Below are positions 53,522 to 63,559 of a stretch of 64,000 nt of DNA, one piece after another. The stretch spans positions 26,774-90,773 of the forward strand of contig SIBS01000002.1 of the NCBI GenBank assembly GCA_009695045.1, read 5' to 3'. The translations under genes and the position numbers were made by a program. This stretch comes from Candidatus Levyibacteriota bacterium (GTDB taxonomy: Bacteria > Patescibacteriota > Microgenomatia > Levybacterales > UBA12049). Numbering within the stretch: the stretch's first letter is position 1; each line of letters starts with the position of its first letter. Under the pieces are notes generated by a model. It saw nothing but the letters and a program-made list of their open reading frames with translations, ran no database searches and was not told the DNA's origin.

Positions 53522-56500
53522 TTAATTTGAGTATAAGCTAGTTGGAAACACCTTATTTACTATAATTGTTGATTTGTCATTTTTTGCATCAATTTGACCA
53601 TCGATAATCACGGTAGTATCTACAATAAGAAGATTTTTATATTTTTCAAATATTTTTGGGAATACAATGCATTCAACAGACACTCCTTTTTCATTAGTAA
53701 GAAGAATAAAAGCCATTTCGTTATTAGTTTTTTTTGTAAATATTTTTTTTGATGATTCTATTATTCCGCCAATTTTTACTTTTGCGCCTTCTTTTTCTTC
53801 TGAAAGAATTTCTAATTCATGGGTTATGTAAGATCGAATTGCGATAAGATTTTGTTGTTGGGGATGAGCTGTTAAATAGAATCCTAAAAATTCTTTTTCG
53901 AATACAAGTTTTTCATTTTCTGAAAATTCTTCAACTACATTATGTATATTTATAGATTCTTTATTTTCAAATAAATCTTCTTCAAAAAGTGAAAATTGAC
54001 CCTCCAAAGATTGTTTTTTATTTTTCTGTACGCGTTCTGAAATGATGGGAAGATTGATTAATAAGCTTGCTCTGTTTCCAAATTTATCCATGGATCCTAC
54101 TTTAATGAGACTTTCTAAAGTTTTTTTAGTAACTTTTGATAAATCAACTCTAGAACAAAAATCTTCTATGCTTGAAAATTGCTTTTTATTTCTTGCTTCA
54201 AGAATTGTTTCAATTGCTGCTTGTCCAACATTTTTTATTGAAAATAAACCAAATCGTATCTTTGTTTTATCTTCAATACTAAATTCATGATTTGAAAGAT
54301 TTATTTCTGGAGAAAGAATAGTTAATTTTAATCGCTTACATTCAGATATTACTTGTGCAATTTTTTCATTTTTCGTAGGGCCAGTTGATCCACGAGATTC
54401 AGCAGTAAGAAGTGCAGTCATAAATTCTACTGGATAGTGAGACTTGAGATAGCCTGTTCTGAAGGCGATTGTTGCATAGCATGCCGCATGTGCCTTATTA
54501 AATCCATATCCAGCAAATGGAGATATGAGTTCATATATTTCTTCTGCTTTTTTTTGCGTTAATCCTTTTATAACGGCCCCCTTAAGAAATTGTTCACGTT
54601 GTTTTTTCATTTCTCCAGGAATCTTTTTACCCATTGCCTTGCGAAATTTATCTGCATCAAGCCAATTATATCCAGCGATAATCATTGTTGTAAGTAATAC
54701 ATCGTCTTGATAGGTAAGAATTCCATAAGATTGAGAAAGTATGTCTTTTAATCGTGGATCTGGATATGATATGAGGGCTGAATCATGCTTTCTGGCAATA
54801 AAGTCAGGGATATTTTGCATGGGTCCAGGTCGATATAGTGCAACCATTGCCATAAGATCAAAAATAGTTGTTGGTTTAAGTTCTTTTATGTATCTTCTCA
54901 TTCCAGATGATTCAAGTTGAAAAATTCCAGTTGTTTCTGCGCTTGCAAGCATTGCAAATGTTTGTGGATCATCAATTGGAACTTTGGATAAATCAACGTC
55001 AATATCTTGATTTTGTTTTATAAATTTTAAACATTCTTCAATTGTTGTTAGATTTCTTAGACCAAGGATGTCCATTTTTAATAATCCTACACCATCTTCT
55101 CCAACGGTATACATATCATATTGTGTAACAATTTTATCGCCATTACTCTCTCTTTGAAGTGGAGTATAATCAGTAAGAGGTCTATCTGCAATTACGATAC
55201 CAGCTGCATGAACTGAGGCATGACGCGCAACTCCTTCTAATTTCTTCGCGACATCTATTAATCGTTTTGTATCATTCTCTGTTATATATGCTTTTTTTAA
55301 ATCTGGGCTTTCTTGTAATGCTTTATCAATTGTCATTGCATGACCTTGCCAACCAGGAGGAATCATTTTTGAGATTCTATCTGGTCCTGAATATGGCATT
55401 CCAAGTGCACGACCTGCATCGCGTATTGCTCCCTTTGCCTCCATTGTTCCAAAAGTAATAATTTGCGCAACCTTATCTTCGCCATATTTTTTTGTAACAT
55501 AACGAATAACATCATCTCTCCTTGTATCTGCAAAATCTAAATCAATATCAGGGGCTGATGGACGATAAGGATTTAGAAAACGCTCAAATGGCAATTTAAA
55601 ATAAAAAGGATCTACATCTGTAATATTTAACGCATATGATATGACTGATCCAGCAGCTGACCCCCTACCTGGTCCAACTGAGATATTTTGATTTTTTGCC
55701 CAATTTACAAAATCAGCAACAACTAAAAAATATGTTTCATAACCTTTTTTCAAGATTATGGATAATTCGTATTCTACGCGTGTTTTTATTTCTTCTGTAA
55801 TTTCTTCATATCTTTTTGAAAGTCCTTCATATGTTATATCTCTAAGATATTCTCCAGTTTTTTTTCCTTGTGGCACTTCAAATACTGGCATAATCCATTT
55901 ACCAAGTGTGATTTCTAGATTGCACATGTCTGCAATTTTTACTGAGTTTTCTAATGCCTCTGGTAAATCCATGAATAAAACTGTCATCTCCTCTTTAGAT
56001 TTTATGTAAAAATCTGGAGAATTAAGCATCGAGAGCTTTCTATTTGGGGTATCAATTGTTGTTTGCGTTTGAATACAAAGAAGAATTTCCTGTGCTTCTG
56101 CATCATTGCTTCTTGTATAGTGATTGTCATTCGTTGCAACCAATGGTATTCCAAATTTCCTAGATAATTCAATGAGCTTTTCATTAAGAATTTCTTGTGA
56201 TGGAATATTATCATGTTTTTGTATTTCAAGATAAAAATGGTCTTTTCCGAAAATACTTGATATTTTTTTTAATCTTTCAATGGCTGTTTCTTCTTGATTA
56301 TGTAATAATGGATTTGCTATATATCCGTTTAAGCAAGCGCTTAAGCAAATAAGTCCTTCATGATATTTTTCTAATAATTCTATATCAACACGTGGTTTGT
56401 AATAAAATCCTTCTAAGTGAGAAAGAGAAACTAACTTCATTAGATTTTTATAACCCGTATGATTTTCAACTAATAAAATAAGATGATTATAGTTTTTGTC

Positions 56501-56746
56501 TAAGGTAGAATCTTTATCGTGACGTGATCTTTTTGAAATATAAATCTCACATCCAATAATTGGCTTTATTCCTTGCTCAAGGCATTCTTGATAAAATTTT
56601 ATAGTGCCATACATATTTCCATGATCTGTTATGGCGAGAGCTTTCATGTCTAACTCTTTTGCTCTGGAAATCATATTTTTTACTTTTGATAAACCATCAA
56701 GAAGTGAATATTCGCTATGATTATGAAGATGTACAAAGTCAGCCAT
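53522..56746 (-). CDS. dnaE: DNA polymerase III alpha subunit
   Basis: HLHNHSEYSLLDG PHP domain, GPGRGSAAGS, PDIDLD, GYGFNKAHA, OB fold. Confidence 0.97.
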   Translation of the reverse strand: MADFVHLHNHSEYSLLDGLSKVKNMISRAKELDMKALAITDHGNMYGTIKFYQECLEQGIKPIIGCEIYISKRSRHDKDSTLDKNYNHLILLVENHTGYKNLMKLVSLSHLEGFYYKPRVDIELLEKYHEGLICLSACLNGYIANPLLHNQEETAIERLKKISSIFGKDHFYLEIQKHDNIPSQEILNEKLIELSRKFGIPLVATNDNHYTRSNDAEAQEILLCIQTQTTIDTPNRKLSMLNSPDFYIKSKEEMTVLFMDLPEALENSVKIADMCNLEITLGKWIMPVFEVPQGKKTGEYLRDITYEGLSKRYEEITEEIKTRVEYELSIILKKGYETYFLVVADFVNWAKNQNISVGPGRGSAAGSVISYALNITDVDPFYFKLPFERFLNPYRPSAPDIDLDFADTRRDDVIRYVTKKYGEDKVAQIITFGTMEAKGAIRDAGRALGMPYSGPDRISKMIPPGWQGHAMTIDKALQESPDLKKAYITENDTKRLIDVAKKLEGVARHASVHAAGIVIADRPLTDYTPLQRESNGDKIVTQYDMYTVGEDGVGLLKMDILGLRNLTTIEECLKFIKQNQDIDVDLSKVPIDDPQTFAMLASAETTGIFQLESSGMRRYIKELKPTTIFDLMAMVALYRPGPMQNIPDFIARKHDSALISYPDPRLKDILSQSYGILTYQDDVLLTTMIIAGYNWLDADKFRKAMGKKIPGEMKKQREQFLKGAVIKGLTQKKAEEIYELISPFAGYGFNKAHAACYATIAFRTGYLKSHYPVEFMTALLTAESRGSTGPTKNEKIAQVISECKRLKLTILSPEINLSNHEFSIEDKTKIRFGLFSIKNVGQAAIETILEARNKKQFSSIEDFCSRVDLSKVTKKTLESLIKVGSMDKFGNRASLLINLPIISERVQKNKKQSLEGQFSLFEEDLFENKESINIHNVVEEFSENEKLVFEKEFLGFYLTAHPQQQNLIAIRSYITHELEILSEEKEGAKVKIGGIIESSKKIFTKKTNNEMAFILLTNEKGVSVECIVFPKIFEKYKNLLIVDTTVIIDGQIDAKNDKSTIIVNKVFPTSLYSN

Positions 56747-56775
56747 ATAAATTTTGATGATCCAAATTTATTTGA

Positions 56776-58098
56776 TTATTTTTTATTAAGTTTATTTTTT
56801 AAGATATTTTTAATTATTTCTATATCAATCTTTTTGTTTATAGATTTCATTACTTGTCCAATTAAAAACATTATGACGACTTCTTTTCCATTTCTAAATT
56901 CATCAACGGCTTTTTGATTATTTTTTAATACATCATCAGTTATTTTAGAAAGCTCTATTTCATCAATACCTTCCTTCTTAGAAGAATGAATAATATCCTT
57001 AATGAGATCTTTTACTGAAATGGATAGGATGTTTATTTTTTTATTAATTAATGTATTTGCAATTTGTTTTTGTGATAAGACTCCTTTACTTTGGAATACA
57101 GCTTTTTCAAAATAAGCAGCAAGTGATGCATCACGTATTAAAATCTCTGCATTATAGGAAGAAAGTTGATATTCTTTTTCAAAACGAATTAATTTGTCAT
57201 TAGGCAACTCGGGCATTTGAGATGTAATTTTATCAATTTGTAACTTATCCCATTCTATTGGTGGAATATCAGGTTCTGGAAAATATCGATAATCATTTGC
57301 TTTTTCTTTTATTCTCTGAGATATTGTTATTTGTTTTAACTCTTCCCATCCACGTGTTTCCTGTAGTGGTATTTCGTTTTTATCTAGTAATTCTCTCTGT
57401 CTTTTAATTTCAAATTGTATAGACTTGTCTACGAATCTGAAAGAATTAATATTCTTTATTTCAACTTTATATTTTGGTAATTCAATTTCTCCAATAATTC
57501 GAAGTGATATATTGGGTTCAAGTCGCATATCTCCTTTTTCCATATCTGCATTAGATACATTTAAGTAACGGACAATTTGTTGTAATTTTTGTAGATATTG
57601 ATTTACTTCAAATGAGCTACGAAAATCTGGTTCAGTTACAATTTCTACTAGTGGTACGCCAGATCTATTAAAATCTATGAGACTAACATTTCCCTTATGA
57701 GATAGTTTGCCTGTGTCCTCTTCCATATGTACTCGTGTTATGCCAATACGTTTTATTTTGTTATCTTCAGTAAGCACTTCTATCCATCCATTTTGGCAAA
57801 ATGGTTGATCATATTGGCTAATTTGATATCCTTTTGCAAGGTCAGGGTAAAAATAATTTTTTCTATCAAATTTTGAAGTTAATGGAATTTCACAATTAAG
57901 TGCAATTCCAATTTTAATGCACCATTCGATCGCTGTTTTATTTGGTACAGGTAATGCGCCCGGTAAGCCAAGACATGTCGGACAAGTATGAGTATTTGGT
58001 TTGTTGCCAAAATAATCAGCCGAGCATCCACAAAACATTTTTGATTTTGTTTTTAATTCTACATGCACCTCTAATCCTATTATTGGTTCGTAATTCAT
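56776..58098 (-). CDS. gatB: Asp/Glu-tRNA amidotransferase subunit B
   Basis: IGLEVHVEL, FDRKNYFYPDL, DYRYFPEPD. Confidence 0.96.
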   Translation of the reverse strand: MNYEPIIGLEVHVELKTKSKMFCGCSADYFGNKPNTHTCPTCLGLPGALPVPNKTAIEWCIKIGIALNCEIPLTSKFDRKNYFYPDLAKGYQISQYDQPFCQNGWIEVLTEDNKIKRIGITRVHMEEDTGKLSHKGNVSLIDFNRSGVPLVEIVTEPDFRSSFEVNQYLQKLQQIVRYLNVSNADMEKGDMRLEPNISLRIIGEIELPKYKVEIKNINSFRFVDKSIQFEIKRQRELLDKNEIPLQETRGWEELKQITISQRIKEKANDYRYFPEPDIPPIEWDKLQIDKITSQMPELPNDKLIRFEKEYQLSSYNAEILIRDASLAAYFEKAVFQSKGVLSQKQIANTLINKKINILSISVKDLIKDIIHSSKKEGIDEIELSKITDDVLKNNQKAVDEFRNGKEVVIMFLIGQVMKSINKKIDIEIIKNILKNKLNKK

Positions 58099-59504
58099 AT
58101 ATTTGGTTTTACTTTATGCCATTCTGTTGATTGTTCAAATAAATAAGCAGCTCTGACTATAAGCGCTTCGGAAAACTGTGGACCAATTAACTGCATTCCT
58201 ATAGGAAGTCCTATCGAAGAAAATCCACATGGAATACTTATTCCAGGTAATCCCGCAATAGATGATGGCTCCACCAGCATATCTGCTATTTCTCCAAACA
58301 TTGGATGATTTTTAGTTGATCCAAGTGGCAATGCTGTTGATGGAGAAGTGGGGGATAGAATAATATCTACTTCCTTAAATGCTTCATTAAAATTCTCAAT
58401 TATTACTGTTCTTACCTTTAATGCTTTATTATAATATTGATCATAGTATCCCGCCGAAAGTGTATATGTTCCTAGAATAATTCTTCTCCTTGCTTCTTCT
58501 TCAAAAAATGAACGATCATTACCATAGCGAATACCATCATATCTGGCAAGGTTGGATGACACTTCTGAGCGTTGTAATATTGTATATACAGCTATGGCAT
58601 ATTTTGGAGCAAATAAAGAAATTTTTTTAATTTTAGCACCGAGTTTTTCAAATTGAAAAATAGCATTTTCAACAATTTTTTTAACTTCATCATCAACTCC
58701 GTCAAAATAATCATCACTTATTCCAATAGTAATTGGATCAATAGATTTTTTTATATCATTAGCAATACTAATAGGAGGGATAGGGGATGATGTTGCATCA
58801 TGGACATCGTGTCCAGAAATAACATCAAAAAGCAAAGCGCTATCTTCAACAGTTTTTGTAATTGGACCAGGGCTGTCAAGTGATGACGCCATTGCTATGA
58901 CGCCATATCGACTTACGCGTCCATAGGTTGGCTTTAATCCTACAACTCCACACCATGATGCAGGTTGACGAATAGATCCTGCTGTTTCAGATCCAATTGC
59001 GCCAATAGCTTCATCTGCTGCAATGCAAGCAGCTGATCCTCCAGAAGATCCACCCGGAAGATAATCAATATTCCATGGATTTTTTGAAGAGCCATAATCA
59101 GATGTTTCCGTAGATGAACCATGAGCCCATGCATCAAGATTAGTTTTTCCTAAAAGTACCATTCCTGATTCTTTTAATCTTTTAACAACGGTCGCATCGT
59201 ATTGAGGTATGAAATTATCAAGTAACTTGCTAGATGCCGTAGTGCGAACTCCAATTGTACAAAAATTATCTTTAATTGCAATTGGAATTCCAAGAAGAGG
59301 AAGATCATCATTTTTAGCCAATCTTATATCTGCTTCTTTTGCATTTATTAAAGCTTCTTCTTTTGTAATTGTTACAAATGCATTTATTTTATTTTCCACA
59401 TTATCTATTTGATTAAAAACTGCCTCAGTTATTTCTAGTGAGGAGAATTTTTTTGCCCTCAATCCCTCTCCTGCCTCTTTAATAGTTAATTGATTAAGTT
59501 TCAT
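58095..59504 (-). CDS. gatA: Asp/Glu-tRNA amidotransferase subunit A
   Basis: PIAIKDN, PGGSSGGSAA, GSIRQPA, SSNLARYDG. Confidence 0.96.
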   Translation of the reverse strand: MKLNQLTIKEAGEGLRAKKFSSLEITEAVFNQIDNVENKINAFVTITKEEALINAKEADIRLAKNDDLPLLGIPIAIKDNFCTIGVRTTASSKLLDNFIPQYDATVVKRLKESGMVLLGKTNLDAWAHGSSTETSDYGSSKNPWNIDYLPGGSSGGSAACIAADEAIGAIGSETAGSIRQPASWCGVVGLKPTYGRVSRYGVIAMASSLDSPGPITKTVEDSALLFDVISGHDVHDATSSPIPPISIANDIKKSIDPITIGISDDYFDGVDDEVKKIVENAIFQFEKLGAKIKKISLFAPKYAIAVYTILQRSEVSSNLARYDGIRYGNDRSFFEEEARRRIILGTYTLSAGYYDQYYNKALKVRTVIIENFNEAFKEVDIILSPTSPSTALPLGSTKNHPMFGEIADMLVEPSSIAGLPGISIPCGFSSIGLPIGMQLIGPQFSEALIVRAAYLFEQSTEWHKVKPNI

Positions 59505-59523
59505 TGTTTATTATTATTTTATT

Positions 59524-59811
59524 TTAATCTGATGATAAAATTGCCTTTACTTTAAACATTCCTTTTTCTGTGCAGCTTGAATTTCTTAATGCTTCTTCTT
59601 GAGAAAATGATTTAGATATTATATCTTCACGAAAAATATTTTTTAGTCCTGTCACCTGATTTGTTGGTTCTTTTCCATCAGTATTGATCTCCTGAAGGCT
59701 TTCAATATAATAAATAGTTTCCAATAATTGCTCTTCTAATTTATTTTTATTTTCATCATCTAGTGGAATATTTGCCAATTTTGCAATACGAGAAATATCA
59801 ATTTTACTCAT
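59524..59811 (-). CDS. gatC: Asp/Glu-tRNA amidotransferase subunit C
   Basis: IAKLA, EPT, FRED, FKVKAI; upstream of gatA. Confidence 0.9.
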   Translation of the reverse strand: MSKIDISRIAKLANIPLDDENKNKLEEQLLETIYYIESLQEINTDGKEPTNQVTGLKNIFREDIISKSFSQEEALRNSSCTEKGMFKVKAILSSD

Positions 59812-59817
59812 AAAACC

Positions 59818-59846
59818 ATTATAATAATTTATGAACCTGAAGGCAA
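59818..59846 (-). promoter_or_regulatory. Putative leaderless sigma70 promoter for gatCAB
   Basis: TTGCCT-17 nt-TATAAT, 6 nt before ATG. Confidence 0.7.
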
Positions 59847-59887
59847 GGACATCAAGGTATTTAAAAAATAAATATTATTATCATTTT

Positions 59888-60655
59888 TTAATGATTAAGT
59901 TTATTTAAAATATAATTATGTGCTTCAAATTCAAGAGAATCATCAAGGGGAATTAATTTAATTATTTTATGATACTTAATCTCTAAGGCTTTTTTTATTA
60001 TCAAATCTGCTAGATGTGGATTTTTTGGTAAAATAGGGCCATGAAAATAGGTACCAAAACTATTTTTATATATTGCCCCTTCTGTTTTATCTATGCCATT
60101 ATTACCAAAACCAAAAGTAACTATACCTAATGGAGAAATATTATTACCCAAATATGTTCTGCCCCCATGATTTTCAAAACCAACAAGCGTATTTGATTTT
60201 AAATCATCAATAGTAGGATTAATTATAATATCGCCAACTAAACGTTTTGCATTTATCTCTAGATTTTCAGTATAAATATCAAATATTTTAAGACCTTGAA
60301 TTATATCTCCATCTGCTTTTTTATAATATTTACCTAATAACTGATATGCACCGCAAATATATAGTCCTGGAATATTATTTTCAATCATCTTTGAGATACT
60401 ATTTATTTTATCTTTTGTTAAATCAGTTGATACAATTTCTTGTTGTTTATCTTGTGCGCCACCCATAAATAATATGTTACATTCAATTAAATCTTTTATT
60501 TTAAATCCTATTTCAAGTTTTCTTATTTCAATATCAATGTCTCGCCATTCACATCGTTTGGAAAGCGAAATAATATTACCCCTATCACCATATGTACTCA
60601 TAAGCTCAGGGTAAAGCCATCCTATTATTAATGAGTATTTTATTTTCTTTTTCAT
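59888..60655 (-). CDS. gatD: Lipid II isoglutaminyl synthase glutaminase subunit GatD (CobQ-like)
   Basis: LYPELMSTYGDRGN, GGAQD, ICGAYQ, GFENH, TYFHGP. Confidence 0.9.
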   Translation of the reverse strand: MKKKIKYSLIIGWLYPELMSTYGDRGNIISLSKRCEWRDIDIEIRKLEIGFKIKDLIECNILFMGGAQDKQQEIVSTDLTKDKINSISKMIENNIPGLYICGAYQLLGKYYKKADGDIIQGLKIFDIYTENLEINAKRLVGDIIINPTIDDLKSNTLVGFENHGGRTYLGNNISPLGIVTFGFGNNGIDKTEGAIYKNSFGTYFHGPILPKNPHLADLIIKKALEIKYHKIIKLIPLDDSLEFEAHNYILNKLNH

Positions 60656-60669
60656 AAATTTTATATTAA

Positions 60670-61998
60670 TTATAATATTTTTTTTCCTGTTAATATTTTT
60701 CTAACTTCTAACATCGCAGAATAAGTTGGAAGAATATAAATAATCTCATTATCTGGTATTTTATTTAATAGAATTTTTATAGTATTTTTAATATTTTTAT
60801 TAGTTATAATATTACCAATGTTTGGTTGTAGATATTTTAAGCGAAGTGACATATCATAACATCTGTCTCCTGAAGTATATATATTCATAGAATCATTTAA
60901 ATAAATTTCAAAATCAACATCCCAAATCCATGAAATATCTCTACCATCTGGGATTTGATTATTAAGCACAAAAAGGATATGCTTTCCACCTAAATCTCTT
61001 ATAGTAGAAAGCGATTGATTCATACTAGTTGGATTTTTAGATAAAAATAATTGTATTTTTTTCCCTTCAATTATAATTACCTCTTGCCTACCAAAGGCTG
61101 GTTTAAATTTTTTAAGTGTAGAATTTATTTTTTTAGATTCAATTCCAAGTATTTTTGCTGATAGGACAGCCGCATTGGTATTATATTGGTTATAAATTCC
61201 ATTAAGTGGATATATTAATGAGGTTGATGTGTCAAGATCAGGTCTTTTGAGATTACATTTGCTACAGTTCCAATTTCCGATATGGGAATAATAAATAGTT
61301 TTATAGTTTAATTTTGTTTCGCAGCGTGGACAATAGGTTGAATCAGATGCATGTTGAAGTAAATCAATAGAAAGTTTTGGATTATCTAATCCAAAATAAA
61401 ATATTTTTTTCTCTGATTTATCATTAATAGCATGATTTTTAATAAAGATAGACATTCCAAGCCATGCAATTCTTGGATCATCCGCATTTAAAATAATTTT
61501 TGTATTTGATGATATATTCTCTAGGGTTGTGCTCCATTTTTTTGCTATACTATTTACTTCTCCATATCGATCTAATTGATCTCGAAACAGATTTAGAAAT
61601 ATCAATTGATGTGGAATTATAAACTGAAGAATAATTGATAAAGAATTTTCATCTATTTCAAATATTGCAAATTTTGCTGAGATTTCTCCATTGATATTTG
61701 AATTAAGCAAAAGAGTGGAAGCAATACCATTTAGAAGATTAGCTCCAGACATATTTTGTAAAACTTTTGATCCATTATCGCTTATTATATTTGCAATAAG
61801 AGATGACGTAGTAGTTTTACCATTAGTACCCGCTATGATAATTACTTTTAATTGTCTATTACTATCAATCAATTCTTTTATAAAATTTTTATTTATTTTT
61901 AGAGCAATATGGCCTGGCCAAGTTGAGCCATTGCCTAGATTTAAATTTTTGCTTATGATTGAAATTAATTTACAAATGAGAATAATACATGAATTCAT
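60670..61998 (-). CDS. murT: Lipid II isoglutaminyl synthase subunit MurT
   Basis: GTNGKTTT, GANL, EIDE, NLFRDQLDRYGE, CPRC/CSKC, KNP, DGRDISWIWDVDFE, TYSAML. Confidence 0.92.
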   Translation of the reverse strand: MNSCIILICKLISIISKNLNLGNGSTWPGHIALKINKNFIKELIDSNRQLKVIIIAGTNGKTTTSSLIANIISDNGSKVLQNMSGANLLNGIASTLLLNSNINGEISAKFAIFEIDENSLSIILQFIIPHQLIFLNLFRDQLDRYGEVNSIAKKWSTTLENISSNTKIILNADDPRIAWLGMSIFIKNHAINDKSEKKIFYFGLDNPKLSIDLLQHASDSTYCPRCETKLNYKTIYYSHIGNWNCSKCNLKRPDLDTSTSLIYPLNGIYNQYNTNAAVLSAKILGIESKKINSTLKKFKPAFGRQEVIIIEGKKIQLFLSKNPTSMNQSLSTIRDLGGKHILFVLNNQIPDGRDISWIWDVDFEIYLNDSMNIYTSGDRCYDMSLRLKYLQPNIGNIITNKNIKNTIKILLNKIPDNEIIYILPTYSAMLEVRKILTGKKIL

Positions 61999-62023
61999 TT
62001 TTAATTAGAATTTATTAATTAAA

Positions 62024-62911
62024 CTACATTGATCGAAGTAATTTAATTCTTTCTTCAATTGGTGGATGAGTATTAAAAAGTCCTGAAACCCAAGTACTTA
62101 CCCCTTTCCCCTTAAATGGATTAGCAATAAATAAATGAGCTGTTGCATTATTTGCAACTTCAAGTGGTTCTCTATCTTTTCCAATTTTTTCCAAAGCAGA
62201 GGCTAGGCCTTCGGGATATCGTGTAAGTAAGGCAGCGGATGCATCTGCAAGTAATTCTCTTTTTCGTGAAACAGCAAGTTGTATTAGTGTTGCAATAATT
62301 GGTGAAATAATTGCTAATGCAATTCCTATCACTATAAAAATAGTACTGGAATTTTTATTATCATCACTATTTCTGTACCATAAGCTACGCATAAAAAAAT
62401 CTGTGAGTAAAGTAATTAATCCTACTAATACTACTACGATAGACATTACTCGAATATCATAATTTTTTATATGAGATAATTCATGAGCAATTACCCCTTC
62501 AAGCTCAGATTTATTGAGTTTTTCTAATAAACCTGATGTTATGCACATAACTGCATGTTGAGGATCTCTTCCTGTTGCGAATGCATTTGGTGCCGTATCA
62601 TTGATAATATATAATTTTGGCATAAGAGTCCCACTGCCGATGCAAAGATTCTCTACAATACGATAAAGTTGAGGATATTGAGATTTAGAAATTGTTTTAG
62701 CATGTGACATTGAGAGAATTAACTTATCGGAATAGAAATAGCTAGAAAAACTCATAATCCCAGAAAAAATAAAAGCTACTCCTACCATAGATAATCCGTA
62801 GCCAGATGCTTTTCCAAATATATAGGATAGGATGGTTATAAAAAATATAAAAAGTATAATTATTAACCATGTTTTATTTTTATTAACACTTATATTTGAA
62901 TAAATAGACAT
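62024..62911 (-). CDS. htpX: Zinc metalloprotease HtpX (start likely ATG 62911)
   Basis: PNAFATG, GVIAHELSH, SRKRE..AD, THPP. Confidence 0.92.
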   Translation of the reverse strand: MSIYSNISVNKNKTWLIIILFIFFITILSYIFGKASGYGLSMVGVAFIFSGIMSFSSYFYSDKLILSMSHAKTISKSQYPQLYRIVENLCIGSGTLMPKLYIINDTAPNAFATGRDPQHAVMCITSGLLEKLNKSELEGVIAHELSHIKNYDIRVMSIVVVLVGLITLLTDFFMRSLWYRNSDDNKNSSTIFIVIGIALAIISPIIATLIQLAVSRKRELLADASAALLTRYPEGLASALEKIGKDREPLEVANNATAHLFIANPFKGKGVSTWVSGLFNTHPPIEERIKLLRSM

Positions 62912-62934
62912 AATTATATTATTTGCTTTAAACA

Positions 62935-62977
62935 GATACACTATAAAAAGATTTTTAAATCTTATCTATAGTGTATC
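62935..62977. repeat. Intergenic inverted repeat between lemA and htpX
   Basis: GATACACTATA/TATAGTGTATC outer stem plus AAGATTT/AAATCTT inner stem. Confidence 0.75.
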
Positions 62978-62991
62978 ACCGAAAAAATTAC

Positions 62992-63543
62992 TTAAAATTT
63001 TATCTTAATTGGTTCTCTTTCTGTTTCATTTGTAGCGAAAAATTCTCTTTCTTTAAAACCAAAAAATTGGCTAAGAAAATTAGTTGGAAATGAAACAAGA
63101 GCGGTATTGTAATCTCTAACATTTGAATTACAGAATTGTCTCGCATAAGCAATCTTATTTTCCGTATCAGAAAGTTCATCTTGTAGATGCAGAAAATTTT
63201 CATTTGCTTTAAGATTTGGATAATTCTCAGAAACTGCAAAAAGAGTTTTTAGTGCATTACTAACGGTATCATTTGATGCAGCTTTTTCTTGAACTGTATC
63301 TGCTTTCATAAGTGAGGTGCGAGCCTTAGTGAGATTTTCAAGAAGTTCCTTTTCGTGCTTTGCATATCCTTTTACTGTTTCTATAAGATTTGGAATAAGA
63401 TCAACCCGTCTTTTTAGTTGCACATCAATTCCACTAAGTGCTTCATTAATTCTAACCCCTCCCGTTACGAGTGAATTATACATAGACCAAATATAAAATG
63501 AAATAATAACTCCTATAATTAGAATAATAATTTGTATTGGCAT
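62992..63543 (-). CDS. lemA: LemA-family protein
   Basis: YNSLV, IDVQLKRR.DLIPNL, ENYPNLKA, ENKIAYAR, FP; SD AAGGAGGT upstream. Confidence 0.93.
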   Translation of the reverse strand: MPIQIIILIIGVIISFYIWSMYNSLVTGGVRINEALSGIDVQLKRRVDLIPNLIETVKGYAKHEKELLENLTKARTSLMKADTVQEKAASNDTVSNALKTLFAVSENYPNLKANENFLHLQDELSDTENKIAYARQFCNSNVRDYNTALVSFPTNFLSQFFGFKEREFFATNETEREPIKIKF

Positions 63544-63559
63544 ATTCTTACCTCCTTCC

